From an uncultured Candidatus Saccharibacteria bacterium (lineage in GTDB: Bacteria; Patescibacteriota; Minisyncoccia; UBA6257; WO2-44-18), in assembly GCA_964360605.1 (NCBI GenBank), contig CAYHXN010000001.1:15494-79387 (forward strand): 63,894 bases of DNA, given 5' to 3'. This document shows positions 43,776 through 52,404 of the stretch, in pieces. Each line of letters begins with the position of its first letter. Position 1 is the first letter of the stretch. The notes under the pieces are model-generated. The model saw only the letters and a program-made list of their open reading frames with translations. It searched no databases and had not been told where the DNA came from. The translations under genes and the position numbers were made by a program.

Positions 43776-45131
43776 TTAAATTATTTTAGATAAGAGGTCT
43801 ACGTTACGCTGATAGGATTTTCCGTCTTGGAAAGCGAAAAACTTCTCGGCCACGCGTTTCCTGTTTCCCGAGTCCCGGGTAGGATTTTTGATATAGCTAT
43901 TAATGGCGGCTATCAAATCATCGTCATTTTGAGCGACAAAAACTGCTTTTTCGCGAATTAGCGGATAATAATATGATCCTTCATCAGAGTAATGCTTATT
44001 TTGAAAAAGCGCTGCCGGATCCATAAAATTAATTACCGGTTTGTCAAACAAAAACGATTCCAGCGAAATAGTGGATTTATGATTGATATTAATCTCGGTG
44101 TATGCCAAAGTTGCTTTTAAATTAATAAAGGAGTTTTTGGCGGACTCGCCCGGCGCAAATTCTTTATTAGCTTTAGTTAATCGCTCAATAGAAATGTCCT
44201 TTTCTCCGGCTAACGGACGATAAAATTCCGGGTCATCAAAAGGGTGAGGACGAACTAAAAAATTCACCCAAGGAATTTTCTTTTGATTTCTAGCAGAAAT
44301 AATTTTAGCCAAAACCTCCGGTTGGCGAGGAGCTCTGCCGCCGGACGCAAACAAAAGAGTGGGGTATTGGGGATTTAATCCCTTACTGGTTAAAAAGTCT
44401 TCGCGCGAAGGAAGCGGATGAGATTTATCAAAATATTTGTCAAATCTCATGCTGCCGGTTATAAAAATTTTTTCCGCAGGAAACCGGTGCACTTTCATAG
44501 CCGCTTCCTTAAGAACCTCGTTCCAAACAAACAAATAATCGGGCCTTCTGGACCTGACGCATTTAAACGAGGTGAGATTATCCCAGCTTAAATTTGTGGC
44601 TAAAGTCGGAATGCCAATTTTTTTTCCATAAAGAATAATTTCGGCATCAAAAATTTGTATGCCGGGCGTAGCGGTAACAAATAAACTGGGTTTGTATCTT
44701 TTGCAATATTCTTCCAATACTCTTGAGCGGCCCATTAAAAATGCTTCCAAACCAGTAAAAAAATTAATGGTCATCCAGCGAGCGAAGGGGGCTGAAAGCC
44801 AACGGAGTAACTTGGCCCGTTTGTCATTCTGAAAAGCCGGACTCCCATAATAAAATTGTAAACTGGAAACTTTACTAAATTCCCGAATGCAGGCAGTTCT
44901 TAAAAATTTAGTCACGGCAAAGAGCCGCGGATTCTGGACCGTCCAGCGAATGGACTCCGCGCCTACAGAAGCTAAGCGCCGGCTCACTTCTTCGTCAATG
45001 ACACTGCTAAAAACTAATACTTTATATTGAGAAGCCAAATATTGAATATAATTTGTCTTCAAAAGATCGGAGATAAATAAGGGATTTTTTAAAAAAAGAA
45101 AGATGGCTTTCTCGCGTTTGAGGTCTTGCAT
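43776..45131 (-). CDS. TagB/TagF-like GT-B protein, paralog 3 of 4
   Basis: FLVRPHPFD, TEININHKSTISLESFLFDKPVINF and NPTRDSGNRKRVAEKFFAFQDGKSYQRNVDLL. The start is set at MQDLKREK (45131) to avoid overlapping the divergent gene at 45175. Confidence 0.5.
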   Translation of the reverse strand: MQDLKREKAIFLFLKNPLFISDLLKTNYIQYLASQYKVLVFSSVIDEEVSRRLASVGAESIRWTVQNPRLFAVTKFLRTACIREFSKVSSLQFYYGSPAFQNDKRAKLLRWLSAPFARWMTINFFTGLEAFLMGRSRVLEEYCKRYKPSLFVTATPGIQIFDAEIILYGKKIGIPTLATNLSWDNLTSFKCVRSRRPDYLFVWNEVLKEAAMKVHRFPAEKIFITGSMRFDKYFDKSHPLPSREDFLTSKGLNPQYPTLLFASGGRAPRQPEVLAKIISARNQKKIPWVNFLVRPHPFDDPEFYRPLAGEKDISIERLTKANKEFAPGESAKNSFINLKATLAYTEININHKSTISLESFLFDKPVINFMDPAALFQNKHYSDEGSYYYPLIREKAVFVAQNDDDLIAAINSYIKNPTRDSGNRKRVAEKFFAFQDGKSYQRNVDLLSKII

Positions 45132-45174
45132 CACTGGAAAATTATGCCATATCGCGTTAATATAATCAAATAAA

Positions 45175-45894
45175 ATGACTGCTAAAAAAATCCAAGTTTT
45201 AGGAATAATCCCCGCCCGCGGCGGCTCTAAAAGCATTCCTTATAAAAACATAGCTGATGTCGGAGGAAAACCGCTAATTTATTACACAATCCGTGAGGCC
45301 AAAAAATCCAAACTTCTGGACGCTTTTATCGTTTCCACTGACGATCCCAAAATTGCGGCGGTAGCAAAAAAGTATGGCGCGGACGTCCCTTTTTTGCGGC
45401 CAGCGAAAATTTCGGGCGATCGATCAATAGACATTGAATTTATGCGCCACGCCCTAGACTGGGTCAAAAAAAATCGCGGCTGGGAACCGGAAATTTTAGT
45501 AAACTTACGCCCCACTTCTCCGCTCCGAACCGCCGAAGATATTAATAAGGTCATTGAAGTGGCGATAAAAAATAAGTGCAGTATCGTCAAAACTATTTCA
45601 CTGCCAACACCCTATAATCCGTTTAAAATGTGGTTGTTGGACGAAAATGGGGTAACCATGCAGCCGCTTTTACAAACAAAGCATTATAAGAAACTCGGCA
45701 CCGATGTTCCAAGGCAAATTTTGCCAAAAGCCTATTGGCAAAATGGGCTCGTAGACGCGTTGCGAGTTAAGAATATAAAAACCGGAACCATTTTTGCCGG
45801 TCCAATCGGAGGAGTCATTACTGATCCGGAGAAATCAATTGATCTTGATGAACCCCGCGATTTAAGAATTCTAGCCAAGAAGTTAAGAAGCTGA
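45175..45894 (+). CDS. Acylneuraminate cytidylyltransferase family (CMP-nonulosonic/ulosonic acid synthetase), copy 2
   Basis: VLGIIPARGGSKSIPYKNIADVGGKPLIYYTIREAKKSKLLDAFIVSTDD...RPTSPLR. Confidence 0.88.
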   Translation: MTAKKIQVLGIIPARGGSKSIPYKNIADVGGKPLIYYTIREAKKSKLLDAFIVSTDDPKIAAVAKKYGADVPFLRPAKISGDRSIDIEFMRHALDWVKKNRGWEPEILVNLRPTSPLRTAEDINKVIEVAIKNKCSIVKTISLPTPYNPFKMWLLDENGVTMQPLLQTKHYKKLGTDVPRQILPKAYWQNGLVDALRVKNIKTGTIFAGPIGGVITDPEKSIDLDEPRDLRILAKKLRS

Positions 45895-45939
45895 AAATCT
45901 ATATCATAGTTCCCGAGCTTGTAGAGAGACTACATTATT

Positions 45940-46710
45940 CTAAAGAGCTGTCCAACCGCCATCAACGATAAGATTTGCTCCGGTCATATAACTAGAAGCA
46001 TCGGACGCAAGAAACAAAATAGCGCCGTTGTATTCGTCCTTATTAGCCATTCTACCAAGAATAGTTCGGTCGCTATATTTTTTTACGAATTCCTGTTTTT
46101 GTCCCGCAAGAACTCCTCCCGGAGTAAGAGTGTTCACCCGAATACCGGTATCGCGCAAATAAGACGACAAACTGCGAGTGAAGTTGGGTACGGCACCCTT
46201 AACGCTGGAATAGCCAATTGATTTGAATTTACCCTCGTCATAAATCCGGTTATCGGGGGCTACTATGCCGTAGGTGGAACAAACATTAATAATCGAACCG
46301 CTCCGCTGTTTTTTCATTATTGGGATCACCGCTTGCGCGCAGATCAACATTCCGGTTAAACCGACGGCAATCTCTTTATTCCAAAGTTCAATCGGATAAT
46401 CTTCGTATGGGCTGAATTGTTTTGCTGATTCATCGGTATTCGGGACTGGATTCATCGCCGCGTTATTAATAAGAACATCAATCCGCCCAAGCTTGTTAAC
46501 TACGTCCCGCACCGCCTCATCCACGGATTTTTTCTGGGCAACGTCTACTTTGTAATATAGAAAATTGGGTTCGGAAAAACCTTCTTTGATGTCAAACAAA
46601 ACTACCTTAGCGCCGACGCCAAAAAGGACTTTCGCGTATTCCATACCCAACATACCGGTACCACCGGTGATTAGAACTACTTTATCTTTTAGAGAAAAAA
46701 GGTTGTTCAT
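45940..46710 (-). CDS. Short-chain dehydrogenase/reductase
   Basis: KVVLITGGTGMLGMEYA, NNAAMNP and YSSVKGAV (YxxxK). Confidence 0.85.
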   Translation of the reverse strand: MNNLFSLKDKVVLITGGTGMLGMEYAKVLFGVGAKVVLFDIKEGFSEPNFLYYKVDVAQKKSVDEAVRDVVNKLGRIDVLINNAAMNPVPNTDESAKQFSPYEDYPIELWNKEIAVGLTGMLICAQAVIPIMKKQRSGSIINVCSTYGIVAPDNRIYDEGKFKSIGYSSVKGAVPNFTRSLSSYLRDTGIRVNTLTPGGVLAGQKQEFVKKYSDRTILGRMANKDEYNGAILFLASDASSYMTGANLIVDGGWTAL

Positions 46711-46711
46711 A

Positions 46712-47716
46712 TCATAATTGTATAACTTTTTTATTTTTTATGGAGTCTTTCATTGTTAAAGCGATTTTCAATACCTCAGCGCCTTGCTCAAGACTAATCA
46801 ACGGATTTTCTTTCTTCTCAATACAGCTAATAAATTGTTTGGTTTCATCAAGAAACATCGAGTTTCTTTCAAATTCCGCCGGCTCTTTTACGAAAACCGA
46901 TTGGCTTCCGGCTTCAAACGGAATCAAGACTAAGGTTTTATCCTGATAATCCCAAATCATCCTACCCTTGCTTCCAGTAATTTCAAACCGACGCTTTGAC
47001 GGACGCTTGACGTAGTCCATATGAAGCGAAGCGGTGACTCCGGATCCGAATTGAAAAATTGCATCAACAACGCTATCTACTTCAATCTTCAACTCACTGT
47101 CTTGGTTTTCAAAAGCCACTACTTGCTTCGGCATACCGAAAAACCAATAAAGATAGTCAATGTCATGACTTTGGGTTAAGATAACTCCCCCACCTAGATC
47201 CGCGCGGGCCGCATAAGTTTTTAAATAATCTTCCCAGGAATGCCAGTCCGGCAGATATTCTCCAATTTCCGCGTGCGCGCTCAAAGCTCTTCCTATCTTT
47301 CCGCTATCAAGCCATTTTTTCATTTGTTGGAGTAATGGATGGAAACGGAAATTATAACCGACGTAACCGACTAAATTTTTCTTTTTAGCAAGCGAGATTA
47401 ACTCTTCTACGCCCTTCATGTCGTGCGACAATGGTTTCTCAAGAAAAACGTGCGCTCCACTCTCAATCGCTTTTTTGGCAGTTTCTAAATGAAAGGCGGT
47501 CGGATTAGTAATCACGACTGCGTCAGGTTTTTGCGCTAAAGCTTCATCAAAATCATAAAAAACTTTGGGGTTGTGTTCTTTAGAAAAATTGTCTATGAAA
47601 TCTTTATTGCAACCCTTTTGGGTACGATAAACTATGATATCGCCCGCTCTCAATTGTTTCAGATTACGATAATGCCTTTGACCAATAGAACCGAGACCGC
47701 AAACCAAGAATTTCAT
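46712..47716 (-). CDS. Gfo/Idh/MocA-family oxidoreductase
   Basis: MKFLVCGLGSIGQRH...AVVITNPTAFHLETAKKAIESGAHVFLEKPL. Start set at MKF (47716). Confidence 0.8.
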   Translation of the reverse strand: MKFLVCGLGSIGQRHYRNLKQLRAGDIIVYRTQKGCNKDFIDNFSKEHNPKVFYDFDEALAQKPDAVVITNPTAFHLETAKKAIESGAHVFLEKPLSHDMKGVEELISLAKKKNLVGYVGYNFRFHPLLQQMKKWLDSGKIGRALSAHAEIGEYLPDWHSWEDYLKTYAARADLGGGVILTQSHDIDYLYWFFGMPKQVVAFENQDSELKIEVDSVVDAIFQFGSGVTASLHMDYVKRPSKRRFEITGSKGRMIWDYQDKTLVLIPFEAGSQSVFVKEPAEFERNSMFLDETKQFISCIEKKENPLISLEQGAEVLKIALTMKDSIKNKKVIQL

Positions 47717-47751
47717 ACAGTCATATAATATGAACACAAATTCACTTTGTC

Positions 47752-47778
47752 AATAAAAATAGCTCAGTTGTACTGAGC
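47752..47778 (-). terminator. Intrinsic terminator candidate directly after the EamA-like gene
   Basis: Minus-strand RNA reads GCUCAG-UACAA-CUGAGC followed by UAUUUUUAUU. Confidence 0.6.
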
Positions 47779-48726
47779 CTACGAAATTCCTACGAGCAAC
47801 GCGCCAACAGCCATTATTATGCCGCCACCTAGCCGATTTTTAAAATTTAACTTCTCGCCCAAAAAGAAATAGGCAAGAATAATAGTCATTGGGATCTGCA
47901 AACGTTTTAGTGTGCCAACATATGGAACGATTGTTTCTTGAAACGCCATTGCATTGAGAATGCCGGCGACTGATAAAAGCACTCCAATCAATGAGATAAC
48001 AATGATGTGTCTAAAAGCAAATCTCCTGGGAGCACAACGGTCGCTAGTTTCTTTCTTTATTTCTTTACGCATGAAAGACATAAATAGGCAGGGCAGAGCA
48101 ACAATCAGCCATTTTACGGCGAGCGCAAATTTGATATCCGCGGTTCTAGCAATCAGACCATCATAATTAAGGGCCAATGCTCCTAAACAAGCCGCACCAA
48201 AAGCGTATCTGATACCGACGCTCTTACTTAACATCAAAAATGGGGCGAACCAGTCTTTCCAAGTAACCCTTCCTTCATTTTTTTTCTTTTTATTGAGAAA
48301 CTCCTGAATGTTAAGGATATAAACACCGATAATAAGAAGATAAATACCTATCCACCCGATCAATGAAGGTTTTTCTCCTAAAATAAGCAGGCTTAAAATA
48401 ATGACGATCGCGGGAGTGCTGGCAGCAATCGGGGTAACGAGGGAAACATCTTCCAAGGACCGAGACTTAGTAGAAAAATATTGTATCCCAATATTCAGAA
48501 GTCCGGTAGCAAAAACCGCAAACCAGAATCCGGACTTAATGTTTGTCTCCGCTCCTAATATCCACCAAATAGCAAAGAGAAATAAAGAACTTACCCCCGT
48601 GAAAAAACCAGTTAACAGCCACTCTCTTTTTCGCATACCGCCATCTAAAGCTTTTCTTGAAAAAATGTTGGACGTTGCATCCAAAGCCGCCCCGCCAGTC
48701 ACAAAAGCATAGGCATCACCGATCAT
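47779..48726 (-). CDS. EamA/DMT-superfamily membrane transporter
   Basis: 315 aa and about 10 helices. …VSLVTPIAASTPAIVIILSLLILGEKPS… and …YVGTLKRLQIPMTIILAYFFLGEK… are EamA-like repeat motifs. Confidence 0.75.
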   Translation of the reverse strand: MIGDAYAFVTGGAALDATSNIFSRKALDGGMRKREWLLTGFFTGVSSLFLFAIWWILGAETNIKSGFWFAVFATGLLNIGIQYFSTKSRSLEDVSLVTPIAASTPAIVIILSLLILGEKPSLIGWIGIYLLIIGVYILNIQEFLNKKKKNEGRVTWKDWFAPFLMLSKSVGIRYAFGAACLGALALNYDGLIARTADIKFALAVKWLIVALPCLFMSFMRKEIKKETSDRCAPRRFAFRHIIVISLIGVLLSVAGILNAMAFQETIVPYVGTLKRLQIPMTIILAYFFLGEKLNFKNRLGGGIIMAVGALLVGIS

Positions 48727-48798
48727 CAGTCTTCCTTTCAGCTAAAATGAACTGCCCATATTATATAGTAAAATCTTAACTATTGCAAGCGCGTTGCT

Positions 48799-49314
48799 TT
48801 AAACATCTAATTTAGCATCTTTTGCCATTAAAATCATCTCTGCTATTTCTCTAACTGCGTGCTGTCCGCCATTGGCTTTAGAAACATAGTTAGCCGATGC
48901 CTTAACCAAGGGATGTCCGTCCGCAACCGTCAGAGCTAAACCGGCATACTTTAAGCATAAAAGGTCGTTAATATCGTCCCCTATGTAAGCAACCTCGCTC
49001 TGAGACAGATTGTTTTCTGCGACAATCCTTCTTAAAATCTCCAGTTTGCCTTCCCCGCTTTCAATTCCCTGCCAAACAGGGATGTTTAATTTTTGACAGC
49101 GTGCCGCCACAACAAAATTTTTCTCTTTAGATAAAACCCCGACCATCAAGCCGTTCTTTTTAAGCAGCTCTATTCCCAAACCATCTTTCCGGCTGCAACG
49201 AACCGATTCTTTGCCATTCTCATCAACATATAAAAAACCGTCGGTCATTACGCCGTCAAAGTCAGTGGCCAATAACTTGATTTTTGCGAATTTAGCTTTT
49301 AATGCGGCATCCAT
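48799..49314 (-). CDS. KdsC-family HAD-IIIA phosphatase (ulosonate-phosphate phosphatase)
   Basis: LLATDFDGVMTDG...VAYIGDDINDL...GGQHAVREI in 171 aa, typical of KDO-8-P and KDN/Neu5Ac-9-P phosphatases. Confidence 0.8.
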   Translation of the reverse strand: MDAALKAKFAKIKLLATDFDGVMTDGFLYVDENGKESVRCSRKDGLGIELLKKNGLMVGVLSKEKNFVVAARCQKLNIPVWQGIESGEGKLEILRRIVAENNLSQSEVAYIGDDINDLLCLKYAGLALTVADGHPLVKASANYVSKANGGQHAVREIAEMILMAKDAKLDV

Positions 49315-49400
49315 AAATCAATTCCGGCTTTAGTGCCAGCTTCCTTTATAATCTATCAAAAAATTTTTAAAATGCCTATCTTCGTGTTATTTTTTGAATA

Positions 49401-51341
49401 ATGTCAACTTCAGCGTTAAAAAGGGTGCAGAAGAACCAAAACCTGTTGTATTACGCAGTTAATCATTATTTAAATTCGGAAAAGGAGGATTTGAAACTAA
49501 GTGAAAAGATCGTCAGTGGTTATAAAAAACTGCGCGGATTGTTCAAAGAATTAACCGCTCCTCAAACTATCCAAGCGCCTAGATTAAATTTGGAAGATTA
49601 TAAAAAAACTCCTTATTTTTCCACACTTGTAAAACTTTCCAAGCTGGCAAAAACCGAACTTGCTCCTTATATTAAAACTTTTTTTGTTCACGGCAGTTTG
49701 GCGACCATGGATTTTGTTCCAAAATTCAGCGATTTAGACACGCTAGTAATTTTGAAAAAAGAAACTTGTTCAAATCCCGAAAAACTCCAAGAGTTTCGCG
49801 AAAAACTCGTTAGGGCAAGAAAATTGCTCCAAGAAGTGGATCCGTTGGCACACCACGGGTTTATTTTTTGCGCCGAACAAAACTTAGACTATTACCCCCA
49901 GCATTATTTACCGGTTGCGGTTTTAAAATACGCTAAAATTTTACACGGCGTCGCAAAGCTAACCTTCCGTGTTCGTGATTCCCGCGAAGAAGCAAAAGAA
50001 AATTTTTATCACTATTACAATATCTTCCAAGACATTACAAAAACCGGCCAGATAACAAACAAACACGGCAGTGAATTATATAAATTCAAATGGTTTGTGA
50101 GCATGCTCCTTTTAATGCCCAGCCTATATCTTCAAGCCAAAGGAATTTATCTCTATAAAAAATATTCTTTTGATTTCGTGAAGCACCCGTTTTTATCCAA
50201 ACTTAGCTTGGTAAGAAAAGATTTTCAAAACGCTAAAAAGATTTTGGGCGACAACTATCTTAAAAAAGCGGTGGAGATGTTGGTGGATTGGGCATCTGAT
50301 CTGCAACAGTTAGAAAAAGACCCGAAATTTATCAACAATCCCAAGAAAATTGCTGTAAAAGTTTACGAAAGAGCCCGAAAAGAATTAATTAATCATTTCC
50401 AAAAAAATAACGACGTGGTCGCGCTTTACGAATATGGTTCGGTGCGCGCTCCGGGAATCAGCGACCTTGATCTAATTTTGGTGACGAAAAACCACCTAAA
50501 AAATCGATTCTATTATCCATCTGGCCCAAACATTGAAAAAGTTGCCAAAGGAACTCTGATGATGATGCCAGAAAATACCTTCTCTCAAATAAAGATGTTT
50601 GACGCAGTGCGTTTAAGAAAACTCTATGGAAAGTCCGTACCGCTCGCCAAGTTAGACAAAAAAACCGAGGGTTACCGAGAAATTGCCAGCGTCATTGACT
50701 GGCTTCCAGAAAGAATGATCCGATTGATTGGCATCCTAAAATCCAATCCCTTAGACGTTCAATACGCCTTGCGTTATACAAGGTCTTTTGCCTACTCGCT
50801 GGAACGGGCAGAAAAATTAACGCGCTTAGGCGCTTACGGAGAATTTATGCGTCGTCTCCGCGATCTCCGTGGCCGATGGCATCCTTCACGAGTTTCCGAA
50901 CTTACTTTGTTAATCAAAGATGGACTTTATCTTGGCTATGAAGCCCTGACCAAGTTTACAGAAAAATATTGCGGCGGATTTCAGGGTTCAACGGGACGTC
51001 TTACTTTTTTCTCAGGACAAATTTTGGAATTCTCCAAAAATCCCGCCGAGGTCTCTGCTGACTGGTCTCTCGCTTTTTCCAAAACCGAAGAAAAAAAGGT
51101 ATTTACTCCCGCGGCCTTGGCGGCTCAATTTACTGTTTATTCTAAACAACCCGGGGTTCTCGCTAAAGAGATGCGCCGCAAACTTCTACTCTCCGGCCCC
51201 ACCGAAATTATTGACGCTGGCTACCGAAATTTTTTGATAAAAAAAATGGCGCTTGCCACCCAATGCGCCGAATTTCTAATTAAGAACAAACTTAATTCGG
51301 GCCTCTATCGTTTCGGATTTTATCTTCCTAAACAGAAGTAG
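49401..51341 (+). CDS. Uncharacterised 646-aa protein with two pol-beta-type nucleotidyltransferase-like motifs
   Basis: Two GS...DxD signatures, FFVHGSLATMDFVPKFSDLDTLVIL and LYEYGSVRAPGISDLDLILV, each followed by a helical region. I recognise no other family. It is one of the few plus-strand genes in the window, and its 3' end overlaps neuB2 by 14 nt. Confidence 0.4.
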   Translation: MSTSALKRVQKNQNLLYYAVNHYLNSEKEDLKLSEKIVSGYKKLRGLFKELTAPQTIQAPRLNLEDYKKTPYFSTLVKLSKLAKTELAPYIKTFFVHGSLATMDFVPKFSDLDTLVILKKETCSNPEKLQEFREKLVRARKLLQEVDPLAHHGFIFCAEQNLDYYPQHYLPVAVLKYAKILHGVAKLTFRVRDSREEAKENFYHYYNIFQDITKTGQITNKHGSELYKFKWFVSMLLLMPSLYLQAKGIYLYKKYSFDFVKHPFLSKLSLVRKDFQNAKKILGDNYLKKAVEMLVDWASDLQQLEKDPKFINNPKKIAVKVYERARKELINHFQKNNDVVALYEYGSVRAPGISDLDLILVTKNHLKNRFYYPSGPNIEKVAKGTLMMMPENTFSQIKMFDAVRLRKLYGKSVPLAKLDKKTEGYREIASVIDWLPERMIRLIGILKSNPLDVQYALRYTRSFAYSLERAEKLTRLGAYGEFMRRLRDLRGRWHPSRVSELTLLIKDGLYLGYEALTKFTEKYCGGFQGSTGRLTFFSGQILEFSKNPAEVSADWSLAFSKTEEKKVFTPAALAAQFTVYSKQPGVLAKEMRRKLLLSGPTEIIDAGYRNFLIKKMALATQCAEFLIKNKLNSGLYRFGFYLPKQK

Positions 51342-52389
51342 GCCAATTAGCCGATTCTCCAGGCAGTAAATCGTCTTCAGCGAGGTCTTTTTGCGCGATA
51401 CGGCCGATTAGTTGCGGAATCAATGACGGCTTTAATCCGCTACCCGGCCCCTTGGTAGTTAACATGTCCGTTGTTATTGCCACGCCTTTAGGAATAGCCT
51501 TTTTCGCCACCACGCTTTTAGCCAGACGAATCCGGACTTCTTTTTCTTTATCGTTAATTAATTTCTCGCCATTCCCCAAAGCCGATTGAGTGTGACGAAT
51601 GTACTTAATCATTTTTTCCAAACCCTGTGGCTCCAAAGAAGCGGCGTGATCTGGACCAATCATGGTTCTGTCTATCGTAAAATGTTTCTCAATAACACAA
51701 GCCCCCAAAGCTACCGCCACCGCCGGAATAGCCACCCCCTTATCGTGACTAGAATAACCTACCGGCATACCAAAACGCTGTTTTAAGGTATCTATTACCC
51801 GCAAATTAACTTCTTCGTCTTGGCAGGGATAGTTGGAAACGCAGTGCAGTAAAATTAGTTGGTTGTTGTATTTAATAATTACCTTTACTGCTTCACTAAT
51901 TTCTTCAAGCGTAGCCATTCCGGTAGATAAAATCACCGGTTTCTTCTTCCTGGCGATATATTCCAATAAAGGAATGTTAGTAACATCCGCCGAAGCAATT
52001 TTAAAGAAAGGAACATCCAGCTCTTCAAGAAAATCCGCGCTTTTCAGATCCCAAGCGCTTCCAGAAAATAAAATATTTTCCCCGACCGCGAACTTTTGTA
52101 AATCCCGCCAATCCTCTTTAGAAAGCTCTAATTTTGCCCGATGCTCGCCGTAAGTCGGGCCCAAAGCGGTTGGCTTAATGTACGGAGCCGCCAAAGCGGC
52201 TTTTGTTAAAATGTCTTCGTTGGTTCGTTTTTGAAATTTCACCGCGTCGGCGCCGGAAGCCGCGGCGATTTCAATAAGTTTCTTAGCTAGAGCTGGATCA
52301 CCGTTATGATTCACTCCAGCTTCAGCGATAATAAAACACGGCTGTCCATCGCCCACTAATTTCGTGCCAATTTTAATTGTAGAGTTCAC
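51328..52389 (-). CDS. neuB: N-acetylneuraminate (nonulosonic acid) synthase, canonical NeuB with SAF domain
   Basis: CFIIAEAGVNHNGDPALAKKLIEIAAASGADAVKFQKR, HCVSNYPC, GYSSHDKGVAIPAVAVALGACVIEKHFT and a C-terminal SAF-like domain. Confidence 0.9.
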   Translation of the reverse strand: MNSTIKIGTKLVGDGQPCFIIAEAGVNHNGDPALAKKLIEIAAASGADAVKFQKRTNEDILTKAALAAPYIKPTALGPTYGEHRAKLELSKEDWRDLQKFAVGENILFSGSAWDLKSADFLEELDVPFFKIASADVTNIPLLEYIARKKKPVILSTGMATLEEISEAVKVIIKYNNQLILLHCVSNYPCQDEEVNLRVIDTLKQRFGMPVGYSSHDKGVAIPAVAVALGACVIEKHFTIDRTMIGPDHAASLEPQGLEKMIKYIRHTQSALGNGEKLINDKEKEVRIRLAKSVVAKKAIPKGVAITTDMLTTKGPGSGLKPSLIPQLIGRIAQKDLAEDDLLPGESANWPTSV

Positions 52390-52404
52390 GATAACAATCT
52401 TAAA

